Positions 33,649 through 43,078 of a stretch of DNA of 43,205 nt are shown here, in pieces; the first letter of the stretch is position 1, and the number at the start of each line of letters is the position of its first letter. A model generated the notes under the pieces. That model ran no database searches and was not told the DNA's origin. It worked only from the letters and a program-made list of their open reading frames with translations. The stretch comes from a virus (lineage: Duplodnaviria; Caudoviricetes), in IMG/VR virus record IMGVR_UViG_3300027886_000002, positions 1 to 43,205 of that record, one strand, 5' to 3'. A program made the position numbers and the translations under genes.

Positions 33649-33931
33649 CTGGGCGAAGAAGCACCCCGAGAAGTATCGGGAGTGCCAGCGCCAGTCCTCC
33701 CGCCGACGGAAGATGACTGGCGTTCCGGAGGTCGAGGCCAAGCAAGGAGACCTGTGCGCCATCTGCCAACAGCCTATGCTCGGGACGCCGCACGCCGACC
33801 ACAGCCACGTGACAGGCAAGTTTCGCGGCTGGCTGTGTCGTAGATGCAACGTCCTCATGGCGGGTCCCGATAGCCCGGCCTGGCTGGCCGCAGCTCTCAA
33901 GTACAAGGCAGACCATGAGCAAGCGAAGTAG
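33632..33931 (+). CDS. Endonuclease VII-like (His-Me finger) nuclease
   Basis: CAIC...DHSHVTGKFRGWLCRRCN. Confidence 0.88.
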   Translation: MAKENSWAKKHPEKYRECQRQSSRRRKMTGVPEVEAKQGDLCAICQQPMLGTPHADHSHVTGKFRGWLCRRCNVLMAGPDSPAWLAAALKYKADHEQAK

Positions 33932-36359
33932 GTTCCAGGCGCCCCGAGTCCTGACGGACTTCGCCGCGACGCTGCGCGCGCTGCGCGAGGTCCAGGAGTC
34001 GCTGGACTCCGTCTCGCAGAACCGGGCAGAGCTGCGCAAGAACCTGCAGTCGTTCAACCTCGTCGCTGGAAATTTTCAGAGGGCGAGCGCGCCGGCCGCC
34101 GGCATGCAGGCGCGACTGCCGAAGGCCTCCGGCGAGAACCTTGGCGACTCCATCACGCTCCACCTGGAGGGCATGCTTGGCGTCCTGGAGGTGCACGCTG
34201 CGCCGGGAGACACCGTCAACGGGCTCGCCACTGCGGAGTTCACGGATGATGGCGTGGTGGTGCTTTGGTCCAACGGCGTGGACTCCTGGTCGAGCGTGGC
34301 GCAGCTGCCCACCAACAGCCCGAGCGGCTCAGCGCTGGATGCGGAGTACGTTCTCGGCGCGGCGCATGGGAGCCTGCCCAACGGGCGTGTCGCCACCGAC
34401 AGCACGGAAATCGATGCGGTTCTCACGACACCCAACGTGGTGAGTTGGACTTTGAATGTGGCCAGCGTCGCTTTCTCGAAGCTGGCCAACCTGACCGGCC
34501 TGTCCGTGCTCGGGCGCGCGGCGAACAGCGCAGGCGTCATGGCTGCCATCACCAGCACGGCGGGGCGGCAGGTGTTACGCAACAACGACGCTGGCACGCA
34601 GCTCGAGTGGGGAAACCCCGTTGAGGCGCAACTGGACGGTGTGGACCAGGGCGACGTCCATACCGTCAATCGGGAGGACGGGCGGCTGTCTGTTGCGAGC
34701 GGCGTGGCCACGTTCGAAAAGCCGCAGCAAGTCAACGACACGCAGACCGGCAATTTAAATGCATATGCGCTGCCGGCCACTCTCAAGCACGGGGACCAGC
34801 TCTCCCTCATTGCGAGCGGCAACATCGTCCTGAACGGAATCGATGCTACCGGCGTGTCGCCCGGCTTCACGTTCTTTCTGAACTTCTCGGATGGTGGCGT
34901 GGCGGGACGCACGCTGACCATGAACGATGAGAGTGGTTCTGCGACCGCCACCAACAGACTCTCGATGCCGGGCGACCTGGCGGCCATTCTGGCGACGGGC
35001 TCGAGTCTGGCCGTTCGCCGTGCGTCAACCCGCTGGGCCGTCTACGACGCCAGCCTGTTTCGGGTGCAAGACGACGGCGTATTCGTCGACTACGCCCGCC
35101 AAATCAACGCGCTGTCGACGACCAGCGTAACCGCCACGGCGGCCGTCGCTGCGGGCGTGGCGTCTCTCAGCTACCAGCGCGCAGCGCTGACGGGTGCTGT
35201 TACCGCGAGCGCGAACAGCAATACGACCGCGTTTGGGGCACTGGCCGCGAAGAGCGTGTTGGCCAACGCCACGAACGCCAGCGCGGTCCCTGCGGCATTG
35301 GCGGGCTCCGCCGCTTTTCAGCACCTGCGCGTCAACAGCGCCAACAACGCGCTCGAGTGGGCGACGTTGTCCGGCTATGCCTCGACAAGTATCACGTACA
35401 CCAGTGATACTTTCCAGCGCGCCGCGCTGACGGGCGACGTCACGGCGTCCGCGAACAGCAACACGACCACCATCGCGAACGACGCCGTGACGAACCCCAA
35501 GCTGGCCAACATGGCCAATAGCACGCTGAAGGCGCGGGTCACGTCCGGCACAGGCGACCCCGAGGACCTGAGCATCAACACCGACACGGCGCCGGCTAAC
35601 ATCGGTGAAGGTGCCACGGCCACGGGCCTTGCCGCGCAAAGCCGGGACGACATGTGTCGGTGGCTCTCCTCTCAGTCGAACGTCCGCGTTTTCGAGGAAG
35701 AATTCATTGGCAACCTGGCCGCGTGCACGGCGCGCTTCACGGTCGTAAGCGGCTTTGCCGGATTCCCCACGCTGTCCGCCGTCAGCAACGGAGAGTTTAC
35801 CGGCGGCATCAATCTCCAGAACACCAGCCCCGCCGGCACGACGCGCGGGGTGTTCACCCTAGGGGCCGACGAAAACGCGCTGAATTTCAACTGGGATTCG
35901 CTGCGATACCTGTGCATCGTCTTTCGCGCCGGGTCGTCGACGGTCGTTGCAGACACGCAGTGGGCGATGGGACTGGTGGGGCCGTTCGCGAGCTATGGCG
36001 CCATCACCGCGTCTACGCTCGGAGGCACCAGTGAGGGGATTTTCATCGAGTATGTCACCACGCTGTCGAGCGGACAGTTCCGCGTCGGGCGCCGCACGAG
36101 CAGCACCACCAGCGTCACGGCGACTGGCGTGGCTGCGGCTGCCAACACGCGCTATGTCTACGAGGTTTTTCGCACGGCGGCCGGCGTGGACTACCACTAC
36201 CTCGACGGCGTTCTAATGCGCACGGACGCCAGCGGCATCGCACCCTCTGGCACCGGGTGCACGTTCTTCTCGACGATTCTGGGAAGCACGACAGCCACGC
36301 GGAACTTCCAGCTCGACTCCATCAAGGTCGTTAGCCAAAGCGCCAACAGATTCGGTTAA
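33915..36359 (+). CDS. Tail fibre / receptor-binding protein
   Basis: 814 aa, Ala/Thr/Ser/Gly-rich; internal repeats QRAALTGxVTASANSNTT; lectin-like beta C-terminus. Confidence 0.7.
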   Translation: MSKRSRFQAPRVLTDFAATLRALREVQESLDSVSQNRAELRKNLQSFNLVAGNFQRASAPAAGMQARLPKASGENLGDSITLHLEGMLGVLEVHAAPGDTVNGLATAEFTDDGVVVLWSNGVDSWSSVAQLPTNSPSGSALDAEYVLGAAHGSLPNGRVATDSTEIDAVLTTPNVVSWTLNVASVAFSKLANLTGLSVLGRAANSAGVMAAITSTAGRQVLRNNDAGTQLEWGNPVEAQLDGVDQGDVHTVNREDGRLSVASGVATFEKPQQVNDTQTGNLNAYALPATLKHGDQLSLIASGNIVLNGIDATGVSPGFTFFLNFSDGGVAGRTLTMNDESGSATATNRLSMPGDLAAILATGSSLAVRRASTRWAVYDASLFRVQDDGVFVDYARQINALSTTSVTATAAVAAGVASLSYQRAALTGAVTASANSNTTAFGALAAKSVLANATNASAVPAALAGSAAFQHLRVNSANNALEWATLSGYASTSITYTSDTFQRAALTGDVTASANSNTTTIANDAVTNPKLANMANSTLKARVTSGTGDPEDLSINTDTAPANIGEGATATGLAAQSRDDMCRWLSSQSNVRVFEEEFIGNLAACTARFTVVSGFAGFPTLSAVSNGEFTGGINLQNTSPAGTTRGVFTLGADENALNFNWDSLRYLCIVFRAGSSTVVADTQWAMGLVGPFASYGAITASTLGGTSEGIFIEYVTTLSSGQFRVGRRTSSTTSVTATGVAAAANTRYVYEVFRTAAGVDYHYLDGVLMRTDASGIAPSGTGCTFFSTILGSTTATRNFQLDSIKVVSQSANRFG

Positions 36360-36856
36360 GGACAGCCTTCATGCCAGTATTCCACAGCCTTCGCATCGAC
36401 CTTGAGCGGTCCGCCCTCACCCTGGTAGGAGGTCATCAGCGCGCTGTCGGCGCGGTGTCCTTTGATACACACGTGACCGAATTCGTGGGCGGCGACGCTC
36501 CAGAGCACATCGAGACCGCTGCGCCTGTTGCGGGCAATCTCGATTTTTCCCCTGCTCTCCCGCCCGTTGGTGGAGCAGGTGCGGCCCTCGGGGCACGCTC
36601 GCTCCGTCCGCTCGTCTTCCGGAAGGTCGTCAACCAGCTCGAAATGCGCTTCCTCCGAGAACATCGCTTCCTCAGGGCACGCCGCGCCCGCTTCGCACCA
36701 CGCTGCGACGGCCGCGCGAATGGTCTCACGTTCGCTTTCGCTGAACGCCTCGTCGATGCTGTAGAAGGCCGGGGCGCTTGGGCCGCCGCAGCCGCACATG
36801 GTGAGTAGCAGCAGCACGACCAAACCCCCCAACAGGCCCCAAGCTTTCGGCGTCAT
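36356..36856 (-). CDS. Lipoprotein zinc metallopeptidase (matrixin/metzincin-like)
   Basis: Signal LLGGLVVLLLLTMCG-C; AVAAW; AAHEFGHVCIKGH...SALM (HExxH, third His, Met-turn). Confidence 0.8.
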   Translation of the reverse strand: MTPKAWGLLGGLVVLLLLTMCGCGGPSAPAFYSIDEAFSESERETIRAAVAAWCEAGAACPEEAMFSEEAHFELVDDLPEDERTERACPEGRTCSTNGRESRGKIEIARNRRSGLDVLWSVAAHEFGHVCIKGHRADSALMTSYQGEGGPLKVDAKAVEYWHEGCP

Positions 36857-36862
36857 GCCCTG

Positions 36863-36890
36863 AACTTAGCGCGGCCGGGAAAGCTGTCAA
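36863..36890 (-). promoter_or_regulatory. sigma70-like leaderless promoter
   Basis: TTGACA(36890-36885)-16-TAAGTT(36868-36863)-6 nt-ATG 36856. Confidence 0.65.
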
Positions 36891-36898
36891 GTAGCAAA

Positions 36899-39850
36899 AT
36901 GTCTGAGATTGTCGAATTTCCGTTTGACTCTGGGGCCTACGAGGCCGCAGACCGGAAGTGGCTCGGCGGCGCCATGCTCCGCGTCGCAGAGAACGCGCGC
37001 CTCGACCGCGACGGGCGGCTCGTCCATCGCCCTGGCGCAACCGCGCTGAGCTCGGGCACGATGAGCGCCAACGCGCTGGTGCCCTACGACCTGGGGAACT
37101 ACCAGGGGCGGCTGGTGGCGCTCGGCAGCCAGAGGAGCACGGGCACCGGCATCCAAGACCTTTTCGAGTGGGTCGCGGCCGCCGGCAAGTGGAGGGCGAC
37201 GTCCGGCGAGGACACGAACAGCTCGACGGGCCAGCGCGTGCCGACGCTCACCAACGTGCGGGAGGTGGGCGCCGTGCCGGACCAGGGCGGGACCGTCCGC
37301 CACGTCTCGCTCGCTTGCGGCGCGGGCTACGTGTGCGCGGTCATCGCGCGGGCGACGGAATCCACCATCCATGTTTTCGAGCCGACCACCAACCAGACGC
37401 TACTCCTGGTGGACGTGGACATGCGCCTTGCGCGTGTCGTCTATGCCGGCTCGGACTTCTGGATTTACGGCGTGGATGCCGACGAAGATATCGTCCGATG
37501 CAACTTTGACCCGGTCAACGACGAGACGATTTCGAGCATCTCGACGCTTCTTTCGAACGCAACCACGGTCACTGACCTGGCGGTCTCGACCTTCGGGACC
37601 GGCTCTGCCGTGGCGTGGTGTACCGCGTCGAGCGCGGTAATCCGCACCTACTCGAGCGCGGGCGCATTCGTGGCCACCTGGACGGGTCTGGCCGCCGCGG
37701 CGGAGGCCGTCGCGCTGGTGGGCAACGTGGCGGGCACCTTGCTCACGCTCTGCTACCAGGACGCCAGCTTCGAGTACTTCGCCACCACGTTCAACGCGGC
37801 GGGCGCGGTGCAGAGCGGCCCCACGAGCCTGTTTGGCGGTGCGGGCGGCTCGGGTGCGCGGCTCGGGGCGTGCCTCCAGTCGAACGGAACGAGTATCAGC
37901 GTGGTCGGGACGAATGACAGCACGCGCCTTGGGCTGTTGCAGACGCTCATCCAAAGCACGCACGGCACGACCGCGACCGTCAGCTATGCGGATGCGCGCC
38001 CCGAATGCGGGCCCGTCGCCACGACCAACGAAGAGTTTTCGGGCTGGGTCGACATGATTGCGTCGAACGCATCCCTTGGGACTTTCCACGTGGTGGGCAA
38101 TCGCCAGCTTCCCCAGTGCTTCCTCGGGGCGCAGCTCATCGAGGAAGTGGGCGGCCCAAATCGCATCTGCAACGGAGCGACCGCAGGCACCAAGGTCTAC
38201 ATGGCCTACGTGCAGCTCGCGGAGAACACGGGCATCGCGAACAACAGCCTGCGCGCCACCATCATCGAGGCCAGCGCCGACGCAACCCAGCGCCGGCAGA
38301 TGGCGAAGGTTGCCGGCGAGCTGCTCATCTCTGGCGGGCTGCCCCTCACCTACGATGGGCGCACCATGGGCGAGATTGGCTTCGCCGAATGCCCCATCGT
38401 GCTGTTCAGCTCGACCGCCACGAACGGAAGCCTCACGCAGCTCACCACCTACCAGGTCAAGGCCGTCTGGAAATGTTACAACGGCCAGAACCTGGTGGCG
38501 CGGTCGCAGCCCTCGCCGCCGCTCTCGCAGACCCTGACGGGCGCGGACGACGCCATTTCGTGGCTGGTGACGACGCCGCACAGCCTGCGCAGACATCGCG
38601 CTTTCCGCGACCAGAGTTTGACGGTCGTGGTCGAGCTCTATCGCACCATCGGCAATGGCGCCAACTTCCAGCTCGACGTGGTGCAGGCCATCGACGTGAA
38701 CGATGACAGCGCCGCGCCTGTGACGCTGACGAGCTCACGCTCGGACACGTCGCTCTCGGATAACGCGGTCATCTACTCGGACGAAAGCGGGCTCGAGATT
38801 TCGGCGCCGTTCCCTTTCAGCTACGTGAGCCCCGCGCGGGACCGCGCCTTCGCGGGCGGGACGCCAGACGCGGCGACGTGGCTGATGAGCGACCTGCTCA
38901 TCCCGGGCCGCCAGGTCTCTTTCGCCTTCGCCAAGGCGGCCTACACACAGCGCGCGAACCAGGCCATCACGGCCGTCGCCGCCTTCGAGCAGGTCGGTTT
39001 GGTGTGGTCGCAGGACGAAATCCAGCAGGTTCCAGGGCGCGGGCCCGAGCGCAGCGGCACGGGCGAATTTGACTCGATGATTGGCGTCCCGACGCCCGGC
39101 GGGTGCATCGACTGGCGCTCCGTCATCGTCGCCCCGCCCGGCGCGTTCTTCCAGATGGCGACCGACAAGCTCATGCTCCTGGCGCGCGCGCAAACGGGCG
39201 CAGGGGCGGGCGAGGTATCCTGGGTCGGGCAGCCCGTGCGGGAGACGCTGGCGGCATTCCCTGTCATCACTGCGGCCGTGCATATCCGCTCGCAAATGGC
39301 CGTGGCGTTCGCATGCAACGCCGCCGACGGCCTGTCCGGGCGAATCCTCATCTATGACCTGCGCCGTAGTCTTTGGTTCGTGGACAACGTGGGCGGGCCC
39401 GTCAGCGCGCTGGCGGAGCTCGATGGGCGGCTGGTGTGGCTCTCGAGCGGCGTCATCTACCAGCAAGACGCGGCGCCCGGGACAGGAACCTTCATCTCGC
39501 TCACGCTCGAGAGCGGGCTGGTGCGCATCAAGGAAGCGCTCGGTTGGGGCCGGGTCTATAAGATTGGCCTTCTGGGCACGGCGGCGGGCCCCTGCACCCT
39601 GCAGGCGCTCATCGACTACGACGACGGCGCGGGGTTCGTGTCTCTCGGCAGCGAGACCTTCGCCGGCACGGAGGGCGCATTCGAGCGCTTCTGGTCCCTG
39701 GCAAACCAGAAGGCCAGCCGCTTCGCTGTCAAATTCATCGTGACGCATGCCAGCACGGGCAGCGCGGGGCTCCAGCTCAACGGGTGGGCCGCGCAGGTGG
39801 ACGGCTCGAAAAACATGGTCCGGGTGGGTTCCACTGGACAAGTGGCATAA
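36899..39850 (+). CDS. Tail nozzle / tail tubular protein B-like (beta-propeller)
   Basis: 983 aa beta-rich; N-terminal ENARLDRDGRLVHRPG, GCIDWRSV, ILIYD...W, C-terminal RFAVKF typical of P22 gp10/T7 gp12-type nozzles. Confidence 0.65.
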   Translation: MSEIVEFPFDSGAYEAADRKWLGGAMLRVAENARLDRDGRLVHRPGATALSSGTMSANALVPYDLGNYQGRLVALGSQRSTGTGIQDLFEWVAAAGKWRATSGEDTNSSTGQRVPTLTNVREVGAVPDQGGTVRHVSLACGAGYVCAVIARATESTIHVFEPTTNQTLLLVDVDMRLARVVYAGSDFWIYGVDADEDIVRCNFDPVNDETISSISTLLSNATTVTDLAVSTFGTGSAVAWCTASSAVIRTYSSAGAFVATWTGLAAAAEAVALVGNVAGTLLTLCYQDASFEYFATTFNAAGAVQSGPTSLFGGAGGSGARLGACLQSNGTSISVVGTNDSTRLGLLQTLIQSTHGTTATVSYADARPECGPVATTNEEFSGWVDMIASNASLGTFHVVGNRQLPQCFLGAQLIEEVGGPNRICNGATAGTKVYMAYVQLAENTGIANNSLRATIIEASADATQRRQMAKVAGELLISGGLPLTYDGRTMGEIGFAECPIVLFSSTATNGSLTQLTTYQVKAVWKCYNGQNLVARSQPSPPLSQTLTGADDAISWLVTTPHSLRRHRAFRDQSLTVVVELYRTIGNGANFQLDVVQAIDVNDDSAAPVTLTSSRSDTSLSDNAVIYSDESGLEISAPFPFSYVSPARDRAFAGGTPDAATWLMSDLLIPGRQVSFAFAKAAYTQRANQAITAVAAFEQVGLVWSQDEIQQVPGRGPERSGTGEFDSMIGVPTPGGCIDWRSVIVAPPGAFFQMATDKLMLLARAQTGAGAGEVSWVGQPVRETLAAFPVITAAVHIRSQMAVAFACNAADGLSGRILIYDLRRSLWFVDNVGGPVSALAELDGRLVWLSSGVIYQQDAAPGTGTFISLTLESGLVRIKEALGWGRVYKIGLLGTAAGPCTLQALIDYDDGAGFVSLGSETFAGTEGAFERFWSLANQKASRFAVKFIVTHASTGSAGLQLNGWAAQVDGSKNMVRVGSTGQVA

Positions 39851-39863
39851 GTTTTGCTATAGT
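39835..39863 (+). promoter_or_regulatory. Overlapping sigma70-like and sigma54-like promoter motifs before the ejection-protein genes
   Basis: TGGACA-17-TATAGT and nested TGGCATAAGTTTTGCT (GG-N10-GC). Confidence 0.5.
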
Positions 39864-39876
39864 AAAGGACTCCAAG

Positions 39877-40908
39877 ATGCCCTATGTGATTGACCCCTCG
39901 ACCGGATACCAGGTCTGGCAAGAGGACGAAACGACGCAGGCCTTCGCGCCCGAGCCAGGGACAGCCGGCACGACCGTCTACGGCACGGCCAACAGCGGAC
40001 CGAACCCGGACGGCTCGCCCGGGCTGACGCCCACCACGCCCGCCGGCGGCTACAAGGCCGCGGCGCCCGGCCAGCAAATCCAGAACCAGACGGCGGCCTT
40101 TTCGAAGGTGCTCACCAACCGGCTTGGCGGGATGCGGGACGACGCGGCGGGGCGCGGCAACGCAGCGCTCTCGAGCTTCTACGGCATCGAGAAGCCGGCC
40201 GACAACACCGCAGACCTAGCCAACACGTTCGCGGGCGAGAACGCCGTTGACCCGGGCACAGCTCGCAACCCCGAGGTTGACCGAGCGTTCCAGATGTCGA
40301 GCGAGCTGGTGGACCGCATCCTCAACGCTCCGAGCCAGGCCCAGATGATTGGAGACCAGGCTCTCTCGCAGCAGCTCGCGGTCGGGCGTTCCAGCCCTGG
40401 CGGCATCGGCAACGTCCAGGCGGGCGTCAAGGCGGCCATGGGCGCGGCCCCACAAATCCAGCAGCAGGCCAATCAGGCCGTCCTGCAAGAGCAGCAGATG
40501 CGCGCGGCTGCGGCTACCGGCGCGGCCAACATCTACGCGGGCGTGGCGCAGGGTACGGCGGACCGCGCCACCCGCATCGCCGAGAGCAACCAGAGCGCGG
40601 CAACCAACGTGCTCGGCATCATGGCGCAGAAGTACGGGCAGGAGCTCAACTTCACCACGGAGCAGCGCGGCCAGCTCGGCCAGCTCGCCCGGGACTTCTA
40701 CAACAATCAGGCGCAATTCGCGCAGATGGACGTCAACCAGCAGATGGCAGCTTGGGACGTCATCGTTCGCACCTACGGCATCGATTCGACTCTGAAAGCC
40801 GCGATGGAGCAGATTGCGGCGCAGGAGAACATCGGTCCGCTCGATGCGTTCAAGCTCATTCTCGGCGGCGTGGACGCGGCCGCGAGCCTCGCCACGAAGG
40901 GCGCATAA
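39877..40908 (+). CDS. Internal virion / DNA ejection (pilot) protein
   Basis: 343 aa from MPYVID (AAGGA SD); Gln/Ala/Gly-rich; follows nozzle. Confidence 0.6.
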   Translation: MPYVIDPSTGYQVWQEDETTQAFAPEPGTAGTTVYGTANSGPNPDGSPGLTPTTPAGGYKAAAPGQQIQNQTAAFSKVLTNRLGGMRDDAAGRGNAALSSFYGIEKPADNTADLANTFAGENAVDPGTARNPEVDRAFQMSSELVDRILNAPSQAQMIGDQALSQQLAVGRSSPGGIGNVQAGVKAAMGAAPQIQQQANQAVLQEQQMRAAAATGAANIYAGVAQGTADRATRIAESNQSAATNVLGIMAQKYGQELNFTTEQRGQLGQLARDFYNNQAQFAQMDVNQQMAAWDVIVRTYGIDSTLKAAMEQIAAQENIGPLDAFKLILGGVDAAASLATKGA

Positions 40909-42927
40909 ATGGCACGCAAGCCGAACCCGAACGACCCGTCGCTGGTGGACATCTTCGACGATGCGACCGGCGCCTTCCTAACGACCGTGCCGGCGGAGGC
41001 CTCTGCCATCACCACGGCGCTCAACGGCCCGCAACCCACGCAGGCCGGGCCGCAATTCAACATGGAGGCAGACGCCGCGGCGCAGGGTCCGATGGGCATC
41101 CTGTCGGTCGGCGCAGCGGATGCGCCCAAGCCAATCGGCGACGCAGCCAAGGTCGCTGGTGCGCTCGGGACAGACCCGACGCTCGACCCGGCAGGAAAGC
41201 CTCTGACGCCGCCGCCGGCCGACGCCGCCTCCATCCTGAAGCCTGGTGTGGCCGACGCCGCGCCAGCCATGCTGTCGGAGGGCTCTGAGGGCGGGTTCAT
41301 GCCGCAGGAGCGGCTCACCAAGGGGCTGACGCCCGAAGGCTACGACCGCGCCGCGGGCGGCATCGAGGACGTGGCGAGGCTCGAGCGCGAGGCGGCGCTG
41401 GCCGAGTCCACGGCGATGGAGTCGCAGCTCGAGCAGGACAAGCTGCGGCAGGCTGAAGACGAGCGCAAGGTCAAGGAGGACATGGCCAAACAGGCGCTCG
41501 AACAGAAGCTAATCTTCGAGCGACGCGCGCGCGTGGAGCAGAAAATCGCCGCCGTCAGCGCGCAGGAGCCGGACCGACACCGAGCTTTCCCTAAAGGCTG
41601 GGGTCTCGTCTCGACGCTCATCGGCTCCATCGCCGGCGGCATGCTCGCAGGGCTGACGGACGGGCGCTACCAGAACGCCACGCTAGGCGCTCTCGACCGT
41701 CGTCTCGAGGAGGACGTGCGCGAGCAGCGCGAGAGCCAGAGCGTCATGATAAAGGAGCTCACTAGGCAGCTTGGCTCCATCGACGCGGCAGAAGACATGT
41801 TGCGTGCGAAGCAGAAAGAGACGGCTCTGAAAGAGCTCGAGGCGCGGCTTCTGGGCAACAAGAACAAGGTCGAGCCCGCTCGCATTGATGCTGTTCGCAA
41901 AAAGTGGACCGCAGATATCGCGCGGCACAAGGTCGACGCCCTCACCAAGCTCGAGCGGGACGAAACCATCAAGGACGTCAACACGCCCGGCTCGGCGCCG
42001 CAGCCGTTCAACGCTGAGAACTTCCGAGCCAAGGCGCTCGCAGACTACGCGGCCAAGAACGGGTTGCCGCCCAAGGAAGCGCACAAGCAGTGGATTGCCT
42101 ACAACAAGAGCTTCCAGGAGAGGGCGACGCTGCGGGCAGCCCTGGAGACGGCGGACCGCGCCATCACCAAGTTCGAGAGCAGCGGAGATGTCGCGGGGCT
42201 CGGGCCCCTCGCCAAGTACCTTCCGAACGCCATCAACGCGAAAGACGCCAAGGCCGTGCGCCAGGCGCTCGGGTTCGCCACGGCGCAGTACCTGAAGGCT
42301 GTCAGCGGGGCGGCGGTGACGGAGCAGGAGTTTGCCAGGACGCGCGAAACCATCGAGAGCGCCGGCACCTACGATGACGTGAAGCGCGGGCTCAACCTGC
42401 TGGGCCAGAGCGTGAAGGCTGCTGACGAGGAGAGCCAGACGGAAAACCCGCGCTTCTTTGACCTGCGAAACCAGTTGCGCAGCCTCAACAGTCAACGCGG
42501 CGTGGCGGGGCAGCGCGGGCGCTCCGAGCAGGAATCCGCCGCTGGTGATATCGTGGCCATCCCGAAGGAATCGCGCATTGCCTACGTTCACAACAACCCG
42601 GGCAGCCTCATGTACGCGGGGCAGGCCGGCGCAACGCGAGGCGAACCAAAGGAGGGCGGAGGCTACTGGGCCAAATTCGAGAGCCCGGGCGACGGCATGC
42701 GAGCGTTGCACCGTCAGTTGCTGAAAGACCAGGGGCGCGGGTTCAACGTCCGGCAGTGGGTCGAAAAGTACGCCCCGTCCAGCGACGGGAACAACGTGGA
42801 CCGCTACCTCATCAAGCTCAACAAGCTGATGGGCGTGGACGAGGCGACGCCACTAACCGAGATGAGCATGGAACGGCTGGCCTTCGTTGTCGCTCAAATC
42901 GAGAGCGGCACCCGGCCCACCAAGTGA
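40909..42927 (+). CDS. Internal virion protein with C-terminal lysozyme-like domain
   Basis: 672 aa coiled coils and Gly-rich hydrophobic segment; C-terminal HNNPGSL...WAKFESPGDGMRAL...KYAPSSDGNNVDRY resembles NNPGN-type virion muramidase-like domains. Confidence 0.65.
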   Translation: MARKPNPNDPSLVDIFDDATGAFLTTVPAEASAITTALNGPQPTQAGPQFNMEADAAAQGPMGILSVGAADAPKPIGDAAKVAGALGTDPTLDPAGKPLTPPPADAASILKPGVADAAPAMLSEGSEGGFMPQERLTKGLTPEGYDRAAGGIEDVARLEREAALAESTAMESQLEQDKLRQAEDERKVKEDMAKQALEQKLIFERRARVEQKIAAVSAQEPDRHRAFPKGWGLVSTLIGSIAGGMLAGLTDGRYQNATLGALDRRLEEDVREQRESQSVMIKELTRQLGSIDAAEDMLRAKQKETALKELEARLLGNKNKVEPARIDAVRKKWTADIARHKVDALTKLERDETIKDVNTPGSAPQPFNAENFRAKALADYAAKNGLPPKEAHKQWIAYNKSFQERATLRAALETADRAITKFESSGDVAGLGPLAKYLPNAINAKDAKAVRQALGFATAQYLKAVSGAAVTEQEFARTRETIESAGTYDDVKRGLNLLGQSVKAADEESQTENPRFFDLRNQLRSLNSQRGVAGQRGRSEQESAAGDIVAIPKESRIAYVHNNPGSLMYAGQAGATRGEPKEGGGYWAKFESPGDGMRALHRQLLKDQGRGFNVRQWVEKYAPSSDGNNVDRYLIKLNKLMGVDEATPLTEMSMERLAFVVAQIESGTRPTK

Positions 42928-43078
42928 ACGGCGTTCAATCTCTGCGACCAGCCATGCACGAAATCTCTCAGGTCCGAGCTCATCGAAGCGACGCAGGCAG
43001 ACCCGAAAAGGCGACGCTCTGCATTGCCCGCGGGCGCGCGCCTGCGCCTCGTCGGCTGACAGAGCGGGGCGGGGCGTG
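42853..43078 (-). CDS. 3' part of the origin-spanning 179 aa hypothetical protein
   Basis: In frame with 314-1 (314+226=540 nt); ends ...RFRAWLVAEIERRSLGGPGAALDLSDNEGQPFHAHLG*; overlaps the 3' end of 40909-42927 by 75 bp. Confidence 0.7.

Noticed and set aside
33915-36359. Diversity-generating retroelement acting on the tail fibre
   Set aside because: No reverse transcriptase and no TR/VR pair differing only at adenines
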